NCBI GenBank assembly: GCA_907165135.1
Contig: OU015566.1
Span: forward strand, 11,036,001 to 11,100,000
DNA: 64,000 nucleotides
DNA from: Oikopleura dioica
Taxonomy: Eukaryota; Animalia; Chordata
Direction: 5' to 3'
Shown here: positions 40,595-53,572 of the stretch, in pieces
How positions within the stretch are numbered: position 1 is the first letter of the stretch
Layout: the number at the start of each line of letters is the position of its first letter
Position numbers and translations under genes: made by a program
The notes under the pieces: generated by a model
The model's database searches: none
Told to the model about the DNA's origin: nothing
Seen by the model: the letters and a program-made list of their open reading frames with translations, nothing else

Positions 40595-43221
40595 GAGTTG
40601 GTCCGTATTGCCTAGGATCCTATATGGTCCACTGTCTCGGTGGGTGAAGGCGCCAAGCCGAGGCAGAGAGATGCAACGGGCCCACCGCCATGTGCTAACT
40701 CCCGCAGAGGCTCCACCTTGGCCCAACGCGACTGTGTCGAGGCAACCCCAGCGTGTGATGGCTGAGCCGATGTGTAAACAAAATGAGCGAGTTGAGCTGC
40801 TAAATCAGATCAAGCTCAACCCCCGGATAAGCCGCAAATATGGAGATATGGAAGAAAAAAAAAAATAGATTTCGCTAGAAATATCCCCAATAGGGTTTTT
40901 GGGGGCGTAGAATCCGAATCTGAAGTCAAAAATGACTTTTAATGTCTAGTTTTTGAGGGGCAGTAACTTTCGCGAAATTTACTGCCCAAATAAGAAAGGC
41001 CCTTCAGAATCCAGAAAATACCTATTTCGGGCAGGAAATTTCGCGAAAAATACTGCCCAATAGCAGAAGCCCATAACCTCATTAAGGGCAGTATTTTTAG
41101 CGAAGTTTACTGCCCAAACTAGGTATTTTCTGGATCTTGAAGGGCTTTTTTTCATTTTCTAGCAAAAAAAGACATAGACTTCGAGTTAAAATTTTAATTT
41201 CTATATTCAGTGTTTAAAGTACAGTGTAAACAAGCTCATCGGTGACAAAATCAGAGGGACAATTGAGGATAGCAGTCTGAAGGTTTTCGTTGCTGCTGAA
41301 CTGGAGGCAAATGGAGACAGCGTTCTCGATTTTCCAGGCAGAAGCTTGACGTTCAACTTCTGCGTGATGGTACATGATGTTCTTTGCTCGCTCCAAAGAC
41401 TCAAGCTTTCTTGGCACAAGCTGACCGTTGACGTATTTTCCGTGGAAGAATGACTTGTAATCGTTGAGCACTTCTGAAGCAACGCGAATCGATGGTGGAG
41501 GAGTGGTGTAGGAATTCTTCAGCGAAAAATGAAGGCTCTCGCTCTGGTTTGTCGTCCAGAATGTATCGCCTCGTTTGAGAAGTTCGTGAAGATTCCAGTC
41601 GGCATTCGCATGTCGTTTTTTTATCCAGGTATCAATGAAGTATTTGTGGAAGGCTTCAAGTTTCGATCGTTTTGAAGGGCAGACAGATGGGATGACTTCA
41701 GTCTCGAGCTTTCGAATGGCTTCTTCGACGATTATGGGATCAACAAAGGGCATTCCAAGGTAGATGTTGAGAATCTTGGCTCGTAATTCCTTGTCGTACA
41801 CCAACTTCTTGCAGCCGAGCTTGAGTCCCCAGTTCTTGATGATTGCTTTTGCGTAGTGAAACTGGCAGCCGTAGACGAGAGCGAGTGGCCAGAACTCCTT
41901 GATGATCTTCGCAGGATTGCCTTCGTAGTCGACACGCCAGTTTCCGATGTAGAGGTCATGTCCGTAGTGTTCCTTGTACAGCCGGCGAACTTCGTTGAAG
42001 GCGATTCGGTAGGTGTCTTTCCTCTTATTCGGCAACCACATGAACAGCACTGGATAGGAGAGTCCCTTTTTGCCGTCAGCTGACTTGAAGTATTTGACGA
42101 AGCTGTATTGTTGATACACCGATGGGAGCTTGCTGCAGAAGTTGAATGTTCCGTCGATGAAACAGGGATCGTCTTGATCGTGAAGGAGAGCGAATTCGCT
42201 GATGAGGCCCCAGATCTTGATCGGCAAACCATCTCGAGTAGATATTTCTGATTGAAGAAATTGCTCGTGGATGGAGTTTCTAGCGTGCAATCTGGTGGAG
42301 AGTGGGTTTTGGACCAGAAGCGTTCGTGAGCCGATCGCGACTTCGCCCTGAGGAGCTGTCCAACGTCGAGCAAGGCGAGCAGAGATGAGCTTCTTTTGAT
42401 ATTTCTCCTCGCCGCTGACATGTTTTTTGAGGTCACCGTCCCATTCTGCAGGAAGACAATCGTATTCTGTATTGAATTCAACGCGTTTCTTATCAAAAGA
42501 ACGCTTTACTGAATTTTCCTTGAAAACCTTTTGGAGTGGAGCAAGGTCAACTGGAGCAGGATGATTGTGCTGACATGGAGACTTGACTGGCTTGACTTCG
42601 TAGTTGAGCTTGTTGCGGGCTTCTTCCAACTCGATCTTGAGAGAATGTCGCCAGCAATCGTACTCGCTCCCATCAATTTTTCGTTTTTTTCCAAGCTTGC
42701 TTGCAATGAGATTAGGATTCTTGACTCGCAGATGAACACGAACAGGGCAGCGCTTGTCAGTCGGGATCTTGTTGTTACCACGTTTGCAGATCAGCGTATT
42801 TTCTGGATTCTGAAGGGCCTTTCTTATTTGGGCAGTAAATTTCGCGAAAGTTACTGCCCCTCAAAAACTAGACATTAAAAGTCATTTTTGACTTCAGATT
42901 CGGATTCTACGCCCCCAAAAACCCTATTAGGGATATTTCTAGCGAAATCTATTTTTTTTTTCTTCCATATCTCCATATTTGCGGCTTATCCGGGGGTTGA
43001 GCTTGATCTGATTTAGCAGCTCAACTCGCTCATTTTGTTTACACATCGGCTCAGCCATCACACGCTCGGGTTGCCTCGACACAGTCGCGTTGGGCCAAGG
43101 TGGAGCCTCTGCGGGAGTTAGCACATGGCGGTGGGCCCGTTGCATCTCTCTGCCTCGGCTTGGCGCCTTCACCCACCGAGACAGTGGACCATATAGGATC
43201 CTAGGCAATACGGACTACCCC
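40595..43221 (-). mobile_element. MULE (Mutator-like) DNA transposon, 2627 bp, ~426-bp TIRs, 9-bp TSD
   Basis: TSD CTCAAAAAG at 40586-40594 and 43222-43230. Near-identical TIRs at 40595-41021 and 42796-43221. Confidence 0.95.
41214..42860 (-). CDS. MULE transposase (WRKY/FLYWCH-like finger plus DDE domain); start codon unresolved
   Basis: C..KRCPVRV..HNH, FIDGTF, RVDYE, GCQFH, TTNQSES. The frame is open from ~42860 but has no ATG before the first catalytic Asp. Confidence 0.9.
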   Translation of the reverse strand, partial: GAVTFAKFTAQIRKALQNPENTLICKRGNNKIPTDKRCPVRVHLRVKNPNLIASKLGKKRKIDGSEYDCWRHSLKIELEEARNKLNYEVKPVKSPCQHNHPAPVDLAPLQKVFKENSVKRSFDKKRVEFNTEYDCLPAEWDGDLKKHVSGEEKYQKKLISARLARRWTAPQGEVAIGSRTLLVQNPLSTRLHARNSIHEQFLQSEISTRDGLPIKIWGLISEFALLHDQDDPCFIDGTFNFCSKLPSVYQQYSFVKYFKSADGKKGLSYPVLFMWLPNKRKDTYRIAFNEVRRLYKEHYGHDLYIGNWRVDYEGNPAKIIKEFWPLALVYGCQFHYAKAIIKNWGLKLGCKKLVYDKELRAKILNIYLGMPFVDPIIVEEAIRKLETEVIPSVCPSKRSKLEAFHKYFIDTWIKKRHANADWNLHELLKRGDTFWTTNQSESLHFSLKNSYTTPPPSIRVASEVLNDYKSFFHGKYVNGQLVPRKLESLERAKNIMYHHAEVERQASAWKIENAVSICLQFSSNENLQTAILNCPSDFVTDELVYTVL

Positions 43222-45807
43222 CTCAAAAAGAAGCCTTCAAGACTCTTGAAAGTTTGGCAACCCAAGTCTTCTCGCGTCGGAAATAGCCGTCAATAAATTT
43301 GTGCTGCCATTTGGATTCCAAAAACTCGCCATTATCCTCATTTTACAGTCGCCATAACATTCCGTTCAAGTGTGAAAAATTTTGTCGAAAGTGGCATTTG
43401 ATGCTTTCATTTTCGGGAAAATAGTTGTCTAACACACTATTTGTTTATTGTATTGTGTTCAGCTGCGTGTCAACGAGACATGCTTCAAGCAAAAGGTACA
43501 AGGGAAAACATGAAAAAAGGGGGGAGCGAAATCAAGGAAATCGAGGAAATCAGATTGGTCACACGGTGGCACGCGTCCAAAAAAGGGTTGATTTTTTTGG
43601 AGGTTCACAGCTGGTAGAAGACATTTCTTGTGTCCTTGCTGAATGGGCTTTTCTATCAATTTTAAAGTGACTTTACTAGATTTAAGGGTCTGGAATTATT
43701 CAGAATGGAAATGAGTATATTCATAAAGAAATATCGAAGAGAAAAATACAAAAAAAAATCTTGTATAAAATTTTCTTTCAGAAAATTATGGCGTCCTAAA
43801 ATGAAGTTTGGTATTCGGCACCTGATTTTGATAAACCCTTATTTAGTATCTTCAATTATATAACCGGTTATGGGCGATAATTTTGGCCCCTTTCCAGCTC
43901 CCCAAATAACTGCCCCTCATTATCACGAGTCGTGATTCACGACTAGTATTTCCGACATTTTTTGGACTTCGAGCTTCGCTGAACTCAAAATCAAAAAGAA
44001 AGGAAAGAAAAGCTCTTTCATCCCCCGCCCCACGCTTTCTTTTCTTTTATAATCAAGTCCAAACAACAAAATTAACAAGGATAAACTTGAAACATAATTT
44101 TTGGGCCATTGTTACGGATGACAAGGCCACCCAGGGAAATTTGATAGATCGACGGAATCAAGTTCAATGAAAAAAGGACCTGTTCTCTTTGATCTAAAAA
44201 GGAAAGAATAAAAAAAGAAAATTTTAAGGGGGTGGACAGCGAAAAGAGATGTCGGTTGAATATTCTCTTTTCTTGGCTAGATAAGGGTGTCACTACGTTA
44301 GTTCTTATTGAAAAAAGAAGGCTGGAAGGGATGACTAATTTCCCAAGCCGTTCCAGCTCCTCGTTCATAACATTCGCACTCGTTTTTCACGAGTAGAAAA
44401 AACACCAGCCCTTGTTTTCGCGTCTTCGCTAAAATCATCAACCCCTGCAAAAATGCACGTCGTTCACCTTCAGCACGTCGTGGCGACGCCTTTTTTACAA
44501 GTGATTTGTCTTTCCGAAATAAATTTGCATTTTGGACCGTTGAGATTTTTAAACCTCCGACTTGACTTTTTCTCATGGCGCCTCGTAATTTTGTTGCTTA
44601 ACGAAAAATTTTCCTAAAAAAAGGACAAAATAAAACACCACAAATGAAGAGTCATGTTGAAAGTCATTCATTCATTTTCATCAAATTCACGAAGAAAGAC
44701 GTTGAATTGAGCCCGGAACTAAGTTCTTCTTTGATCAAGTCAGTTTACCACCAGCTGATCTATCAGATTCTGAGGTCAATAGTAAAAGAGCAGAAGATCA
44801 AGTTTTTCAATGAAGCCTTTATTACTCGATGTTATACCTTGTCGTACTACTAGAATAGTCCTGTACGTCAACCGATGGATGCTCTTCTTTGAGAAGATAT
44901 CGTAGGGAGAGCCTTAATGAATTTAACAAATAGACTTCCGGCAGATCCAAGGGCTGATGAGCGTGTGCTGAAAAGTGACAACTCTTTGATATGTAAATCA
45001 CAGTGCCCTAAATCTGCCCGGTATTATCCTCCGATAACACAAAAAGTGACGGCTCATTAGCACCCAAATGATTTATTTTTGAAACAGCGATTTTCATATT
45101 TTAGATTTTCAAATATTTAATTCGGGGTCAAGTTTGGTAATTTATATTTCGTCCACACTTGAAAATTGAAATTTCAATATTTAGGAAATTCGACAAAAAT
45201 TATTTATCAAAGGTGGCGTTGCGCAGGTCACGGCCGAAGAGGGCGCGAGAGAGCCCGGTGGGAGGTCAAACCGGAGAATCTGTTAGAGGCTTTGGAGCTT
45301 TCCTGAAAGGAACCATTACCGTATTGAAAATATGGAATAGAAATAAAGAAGTTATAAAAGAAGAGGAAGACACTTTTTAGAGACAATTCAACAACTGCTG
45401 ACGACCCTAGAAAAACTAACTATGAAACTGACAAAGGTAAGAATTATAAAGCGAACCATAATAAAATATATAAGAAAAAGTATGAATAGATTTTGGTCGC
45501 TTTTACCATTGATAAGATCGATTGAAATCCGCAGATAAATGTATGACAACCGCAAATTAACAACTAACTAATTGAATAATATTTTAAACCCATAGAAATG
45601 ACAACTAGCAGAAATAACTATTGAGTAGCACATTTTCGGGATGTAGGGCGCGTAGGGTCTGCATGCAGACCCCGGGTCTGCAAAATGCAGACCGCGGGTC
45701 TGCACATGAAAAAAATGTATCAGAATTTTACATTAAACAGGCGCTTCGGTGCGCTCCGCGCCTGATCTAAGAGAAAACTTCATCTTTTAACATTTCTGAA
45801 TCAAAAC

Positions 45808-47347
45808 GAGTGGTCGTCATTTGCCCAAGTCGTCATCTGCCCAAGTCGTCATCTGCCCAAGATCGTCATCTGCCCAACTTGGGCAAATGACGATCTGGGT
45901 GAATGACGATCTGTAATTGAATTTCAATTTAAAAAAAGCTTTTCTGTGTTTCACAGGAACGGACTCTTAATTTTACCGGTCGATTTGACCACGTTTGGGA
46001 CTTTTTCTTGTGATATATTGATTATAAGATGATTCAAAATCTTCTGAGCATTAATTTGATAGGTCAGACTCTAGCATTTCTCCCAAATTTCATCAATTTC
46101 CGGCTCTAGAATCGCTACCGGAAGTGATTTTTGAGAATCGGTTACGGTCAAGTTTCTAGATTTTTCCTACCGATTCTAAATATATAAAATAGGTGGTGGT
46201 CTAAACTTTGAAGTTCTTATGTGCGATAAGAACTTCTGATGGCCTAAACTTTGATCGTTCCCACGTGTGATTCTTTGAGAAAGTGGCCTAAACTTTGAAT
46301 TTCCCCGGAGGCGGTTCTGCCATCGGTGACTAGAGCACCGCCCGCTAAGGCCACTACGCTTTATGCAGACCAATATGGTTTACGTTTTTCATTCAAGGTG
46401 ATGACACACATAAAACTAGTCAGAGCGCCTCAGGGGAAATTCAAAGTTTAGACCACTTTCACACATAGGAAGAATCAAAGTTTAGGCCACTTTCTCAAAG
46501 AATCGCACATGGGAACGATCAAAGTTTAGGCCACACGAAGTTCTTATCGCACGTAAGAACTTCAAAGTTTAGACCACCACCTATTTTATGGTGTTCCGGG
46601 GCTAAAAAGAAGTAAGTGGGAGATTTAAATACCCCAACCTTAAAAAAAGCGCGTCGATGCAATTGAATTCAAAATTTAAGAAAAATGCAGCTAGATACAA
46701 GTTTAACTGACTACTTGCAAGAAGACTTCTCGCAGGAAGTTGGCCTCTTATCAGTTCAAATTCGACAGTTTTTGTTGAGAATACAATTTCATCTGCTAGA
46801 ATCTGGGACATTAGCACCGTTTCGAAAAGCAAGGTGTAATGAGTTTTCGCCAACAATAGCCTATTTTAAATAAGCTGCGCGTATACGCATTGCTAACGCT
46901 TAGGGCCGGAAAAAGGTGCTAAAGTCGGTTTTGTGTTTAGTCTGAACTTTGAATGAAATTTAATTTGAATTGATTGAATTAAAATGTCGAAGTGGAACAG
47001 TCCCAGTGGAACCGATGGTACTCGGGCCGAGTGAATCGGCAGCCGAGTCTCGGTATACATTCGAACTTGAGTAATAACTTTTGAAAACTAGAGAAAAGTT
47101 ATTAATCTCCTCCGGAAGCTAGCTCCAAGTATGGAAGAGTATAATACTCTGAAATATATCGACCGGACTTCCGGACATGGACAGTGATGAGTCCGTTCCT
47201 GTGAAACACAGAAAAGCTTTTTTTAAATTGAAATTCAATTACAGATCGTCTTTCACCCAAGATCGTCATTTGCCCAAGTTGGGCAGATGACGACCTGGGC
47301 AGATGACGACTTGGGCAGATGACGACTTGGGCAAATGACGACCACTC
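45808..47347. mobile_element. Non-autonomous MULE-like element, ~159-bp TIRs, 9-bp TSD
   Basis: GAGTGG..CCACTC termini; AATCAAAAC at 45799-45807 and 47348-47356; TIRs built from GTCGTCATCTGCCCAA repeats. Confidence 0.9.
46191..46582. mobile_element. ~390-bp foldback element with repeated GGYCTAAACTTTGA motifs; innermost nested insert
   Basis: Long inverted arms AGGTGGTGGTCTAAAC.. / ..GTTTAGACCACCACCT. TSD ambiguous (TA or AT). Confidence 0.75.
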
Positions 47348-50300
47348 AATCAAAACGGGCCAAAGGAGCCAAAATTTTGTTCGTAAATGCAGACTCCGGG
47401 TCTGCATTTGCAGACCCCGGGTCTGTTTTTGCAGACCCCGGGTCTGGCAGACCCTACGCGCCCGACATCCCATTTTCGAGTGATCCTTGAAATTTGCAAT
47501 CCGAAATGTGCAGAATAGAAATGACTCCGATTCTAGCTGCATTTTGGAGTATCTGACACTTTTCTAGAGCAGGGGCTTGTCCCCTGTCTACAGTAGCTTC
47601 ACTCTTACGTTCTTAGAAATTAAAGACCATAAATTCAAAAGGATATCATCAGTATTAATAAATATGTTTTTTTAAATTACGTCGACAGATTTTTTCAATT
47701 TTTTGGTGTACTTGATGTTAAAGGGGAAAAAAGAGAAGGGATCCTTTCAAAATTGTCATTCAAGTGCAGCTCCAAATCGGGTCAATGCCCATTTCCGACA
47801 ATTTTGGCTTTCAAGGGGTACTCCGGAAGTGCAAGGGCGTATTTGAGCAGTCCTAGGAAACAAGCCCGCCCTTCAAAATACACCCATCCGACAAAGACGG
47901 TTCCGGAATCGTCACTATCAAGAAATTTTCGAACTGCAAAGAGTTCATCTTCAAGTGCCACACCCTTAATTCATTCGCATTTGGCACTAGAAAGCGGGAA
48001 TCCAGTAAACTGGGTGATAATTAAATCCTTGAAGTGTAGCTGGTTTTTGACAGGGACTGGGTAGCATTCTTAGTGTTCATTTAGCTGTCAGGAATATTTT
48101 TGGAAAAGGACATTTCTGGGCGAGCACTTGAGAGAGGGGTCGCCGAGGTGCCGGAAGGGAGCGGCTCAATTCGCAATTGACCGGCTTTTCATTTTTTTAA
48201 TTTCCGCTCTTTTTTTCTCTGCCTATTTTAGCCAAAATGAGCAGGTTGATTTTCAAATGTTCATTATATTTTTCAGAAAAACCAGAAACTTCGTTTTTCA
48301 CTGAGTAATTTCTAGTTTTGATTTACTAATTTTATTGGCAAAATTATTAAAAGATCAAGACAATGCTGATCGACATAAGTCTGTTATAGCAAAATAATTA
48401 CATAGAAAAATCTCTTGGCAAGGAAGAATGAAATGATCTGGTCCAATTTTTAACGTCAGAAAATAATTTTTTCTGATCCAGGAAAATCGCTGTTTGGGGA
48501 CCCTCGGTTCCCATATTTACAAACTTGGCTCGTCTTCAGAGCCTTTTGTTAATGCCGAATCTTAGTGTTTTTCAAAATTTTTTTGAAGATGCTCCTCCTC
48601 GTAAAAAAGAGAGAGCTCGCGACAAGTTGCGCACTTGAACGCTACAATTTTAAGGCACTTGATCAAACAATATTGACGCCTCGTCCAAAATCATAAAAAC
48701 CCCTTTCTGGGAAGAAATTTTCACATGCCTTTGTTTTTGATCATCCCTTTTTTTCGGCCCTGGGAATCGTTTTTATCAGCCAAATAGTAATGGAAGTTGA
48801 CCAATTTAAATCTATTAAAAAAATCCCAATATTTAATACTGATAAAAGGCTTTGAAGGCCCTTATCGCTTTATTTACCCACAACTGCTGCCCTTTTTTGA
48901 GCTGATATCATGTGACCTTGAGCATGTCCGGTAGTTCGGCGCAGCTTTGTTTTCCCTTTTTTCCCGCTTTATTTTACATTTTAAACTTTGCGCAACTTGT
49001 TCAACAAGAGTCCCTAAACAAACTTTCGATTTTTCTTCTTTAAAAAATCGAGAACTTTGGAGGAAAAAAGTTCATTTTAGAAAAGACGCTATGGAATTAA
49101 AATTATGATCAGAATGACGTCATTATTATGAGATTGTTTTATGCGAGATGAACGCAGAAATTATTTTCTTTGAATGTTCTAAAATATGTCTTAATAAATA
49201 TGGCGACAAGAGATGCCGCCCCAGAATGTAAAAATCAAAGAAACAAAGGTTGTGGAAAACAACACAAGCGAGCTGGTTTCAATCTTGTTGCTCTAACTAC
49301 TGAAAACTCATAATTTTCATTTTTCAGTCTTTCGAATCCGGAAATCTTATGCTTCTTTCGCAACAAGTTTGTTCACCGTTTCGGTGGAAGCGAAGACGGC
49401 TAGATTGGTATAAAGCGAGCGCTAGAAAAAGCTCAATATTGATCCCCTAATCGGCAGACTAACATTGCCATTTTCCGGGCGCGACATAATTCGCCCTGCT
49501 CATGTCAAGAAAATGACATCTTTTATTTTCTCAAGAGCAGCTTCTGACGAGGTGTGAAGAAGGCGGAAGCATCATAAAATTTCTCGCAAACTTGAAGCTT
49601 GCTAATTACCTACTGTAGCCAGTAGATTTTGACAGTATCGTCTCATCTTTATTTTCAAAGAAAAACGCGAGCTGTGGCAGTGAAAATATACAAAACGGAC
49701 ATGAGGTCAACGTGAGATGCCATAATTGGATAATATTCGTGACCTAAGTCGCCTTTTTTGTAAATTTTTCGAATAAGCTAAAAATACTTTGCCGAAGCAA
49801 AAAATCAAAAAATTTCAATTTCAATTTCAATTAGCACTTGTATTTTTCAAGGATGAAAATGGTAAGAAAGAAAGGGAGGGATTCTCGACAGACAAGTAAA
49901 GCTGATTAGAATATATTCTGTCTCAAGATAAGAAATCAGAATACTCGGTGGATCAAAAACGGATCAGAGAAAAAATGAAAAGGATTTGACAAATTTGGTT
50001 TTATCCGCTTTTCTGGATATTTTCAATTATTTTCCATTCGAGAAATTTTTCTGTCTGTGTATCGCAATAAGTACCGAAGTGACTGCATAGATCGCGTATC
50101 TCGCGATAGTGAGGTAATGGTCAATGATCTTTGCGGCCTTTTAAGACTCTAGAGTTAAGGGTATCCTCGAAATAGCTATCAGACGAAGGGCACGAGCACT
50201 GCGGGAGCTTATCATTTTCAAATCCCCACAATGGAGGTGGTCTACAGTATTTTAAAGTCGCGCAAGCAATGCAACGAGCGGTGAAAAACCCCTGCAGACG

Positions 50301-51032
50301 ACTCGGCAGTTACGCAACGGCGATTCATCAATTATCTTAGATAATACTAGACGATGAGAAAACAAAAATTACGTTGACTTCCTCCTTGATCCCTCGTCAA
50401 TCATAATTAAGCGCTTTTCGTTTGGTTCTTTTCTTTCAGCTGTGGTCTGTTTCGAACAACTTTTTGACTCATTTTCGTAAGCAAGGGGCTTCGCAAGACT
50501 TAGGGCTTTGCTCTGCAACCTGTGCAGAAACCTGAGTCAGGTTCCTGAAAAAGCTTTGCCAAAATTACTAGTTTCTGCACAGGTTCCCGCATGTAGTCTA
50601 AGGAATCATTGAAAATCGGGCTTTACGATGTCTTCCACCTTAAAATCGCTTGCTTCTGCGGTTTTATCTTTACGTGGTCATTCCTTCAAATCCAAGCAAA
50701 GTACTAGAATACCCAGTAACGTAATCAAAAAAGCAAAAATGCGGGATGTCGATTGTAGATAATCTACCCGCAATATTTCTTTTATTGGCCCGTTTTTTCC
50801 GCCCTTTGATGATTTGAAATTTTTTTGATTACTCAATTTCGCAAAAATGAAATTTTCTCCCGGTTTAAGAAATTCTTCAAAAGTTCGAAAAATGTCCCAA
50901 AATTGCGCTTCAAGTTCCAACATGTTTTTTTGGCATAAGCAAAAACAGAAACAACGTTGTGTCGCATGGGCGCGTGCGTATTTTTATAAGCTTGATCTTG
51001 GCCACGGCCGCGGCACGATGATGGATAATCGT

Positions 51033-51751
51033 TAGGTGCAATGGTAGAAAAATGGACCACATGATCGCCTTTTTAAAACTTCAATTATGATGCAGATTTA
51101 GAATCGCTAGGTCGTGGCGATCATTTTGATACCAAGATCATCGGAATCGGACTAAATTTTCGACCGAGAATGAGCATCGGAAGTCCCAAAATGAGCGCTA
51201 GAAATTTTCGAGCGCCCGGAAAGGGATGAATACTCCATCCAGTCATTTAACACATAGTCTCACTTTGTAGAGCAGGTTTTATTCTCCCAGAATCACTTCA
51301 CAGAAGTTGTGAATAGGGACTCTTGTACGGACGAGCGCCGAAAGAAGCCGAAAAAATGGGGGAAAATCAATGCCAAATTTGGTTTCCGAGAACTCGCACT
51401 AACGATTTCGCCTCGATTTTGCACGTTTTTGGGGGGCCTCTTTCGGCGCTGGTCCTTACTAGAATCCCTGTTCACAATTTCTGTGAAGTGATTCTGGGAG
51501 AATAAAACCTGCTCTACAAAGTGAGACTATGGGTTAAATGACTGGATGGAGTATTCATCCCTTTCCGGGCGCTCGAAAATTTCTAGCGCTCATTTTGGGA
51601 CTTCAGATGGTCATTCTCGGTCGAAAATCTAGTCCGATTCCGATGATCTTGGTATCAAAATGATCGCCACGACCTAGCGATTCTAAATCTGCATCATAAT
51701 TGAAGTTTTAAAAAGGCGATCATGGGGTTCATTTTTCTACCATTACACCTA
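51033..51751. mobile_element. hAT-type foldback MITE, 719 bp, ~310-bp arms, 8-bp TSD
   Basis: TAGGTG..CACCTA termini; ATAATCGT at 51025-51032 and 51752-51759; near-perfect inverted arms around a ~95-bp spacer. Confidence 0.92.
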
Positions 51752-53572
51752 ATAATCGTGGTCGAATATCCGGTGATAAGAGACGAGGGGGACAGTTGTA
51801 GTTGTGACCTTGCGCAACCTAACGAGGGGCAGATAGAATTTCTGTATGCATATTTCGCTTCAAAAGCTATCAAAATCATTTTTTAAATAAAGATCTTTAT
51901 TATGGGCCCAAAAGTTGAATCTTAGGAGAGCTTCTGGTATTCAATTCCGTGAAAAATCTCGACAAAGTTTATTTATTTCCGCGCTTGAATTCTTTAACAT
52001 TTAAGACGCCCCGGTGTGGACATTTCAAAGTGTTGAATCTCAGCTGTCGGCGAAAGCTGGAATAATAAAATGTTTCCTTTAGATGCAAATTTCGACTTTT
52101 CTCCTGCTCCTGACATTGTGCCTGACATTTGCCGAAGATCGATCCAAAGTGCGCTGGAAAAGGCGAACTCCTATCAAAAGACATAGAAACAGGTACAGAT
52201 TTCTATCCTTAGAGAGGTCCTTAGACTAAAAGAAGGCGATATCAACAGAGTAAATTTTGAATAATTCGGAAGTTCGCCTTTCAAATCGACTTCCTAGGTG
52301 TCAATTCAAAAGAATAACTTTATACTCATTTTTTGAATAGAACCAAAATAGCAAGCTTTAAAAACTTAAGGGAAGGGCTAAAATAAAACTAACGGATGCA
52401 CCTGTCAGAAGCGGCCACCGTGACGGAGAAGTCCTGACAGTCGAACCGGACGAGCCCTGATTTATCCCACCCCTTCTTTTATTTTTTCATGCAACAGCTT
52501 TGGCAGATGGAAAATTCAAATTTTCAAAAGTTGGGAAATCTAATGCTTGACTGACATAATTCTTGAGACGCAGCAGTCAAATAAATAGGGCTTCCTAAGA
52601 TTGTTTATTGAAGGAGAGCCTTAAAAATCCCCGATTTTCTTCGGACATCAAAATAGTTCAATCACTCCACTGTAATAATAATTATTTGAGACAATTTCAG
52701 TCGCCTCTTATTTTATTTTTTTAACAATTTCAGTCATTCTTCCTGAAAATTGCCAGAACACATTTTAGACGTGTCAAATCCAATAATCAAATTTCCTTCA
52801 GATTCTATCGCCCTCGCAGTGCTCCGAGTATCCCAAGTTCAAACGAGATTAGGCGCGGTTCTATCGAAACGTAAAATCTAATTTTGAAAAAAATGATATC
52901 GGAAAAATAAATTCCCTCAGCAAATTATTTCGTGCGAGGTGGGAAAAATTGTCCCGAGTTTATTTTTTTGATTAAAATATGGAACCTCCCGAGCAGCGCT
53001 AAGTACATCCTGCCGTTATATAAAGATGGCTCGGTTTCGGAGAGCGATGAGCCGATTCCGAAAAGTCAAAAAGTTAATTTGTTCAAGAAAGAAGCGAGAC
53101 CCAACTCGAGGAGGATGTCTAATAGGATTCGGTCAAATGAAAAAATTATAGAAAAAGCTTTAGGCTTCAAAGAAGTTGGAAATGATAATGGAGAGCTTCA
53201 GCAGTTCCAAATAAAATGGTTCTCTAAGCACAAAAGAAAGAGTACTCGTGTAAATCCATTTATTTGACCGTGTCTCCAGACTTGGTTATCGCTCGACGCG
53301 TGGTCGTGGCCGCGGTCGCAGCCGGTTACCTCGTCAACTTGGCGGCTTCGCTGGCCGTCTAGCCCCTCCCGCCTATGGTAGTCCCTTCTCAAGGGGTCAA
53401 GGTACCTCATCATTCCGCAACGCTCCATCCTCATATAATAACATGGCTCCTTCATATTATTATGGTGCTTTCATCCATCATTTAAACTTTCCTAAACAGC
53501 TTTTCTAGGACAAATTAAAAGACAAAGCATGTTCTGCGAATGTGACTCAGGGAAGGGGTTGATATAGCCAAC

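Larger units (their letters stand above)
45638..47471. mobile_element. MITE (~285 bp when empty), GGGATG termini, 6-bp TSD; outer element of a nested stack
   Basis: TIR GGGATGTaGGGCGCGTAGGGTCTGC / GCAGACCCTACGCGCCCgACATCCC; ATTTTC at 45632-45637 and 47472-47477; internal GCAGACCCCGGGTCTGC palindromes. Confidence 0.8.

Noticed and set aside
41732-42781. Alternative-frame ORFs over the MULE transposase (254 aa, 91 aa)
   Set aside because: No recognisable motifs; the transposase frame carries all the conserved residues.
45215-45290. GC-rich stretch as a tRNA or Pol III gene
   Set aside because: No cloverleaf or proper A/B boxes. No rRNA, tRNA or spliced-leader RNA gene was recognised anywhere in the window.
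51293-51505. Mirror-image ORFs on both strands
   Set aside because: Artefacts of the foldback element's inverted arms.
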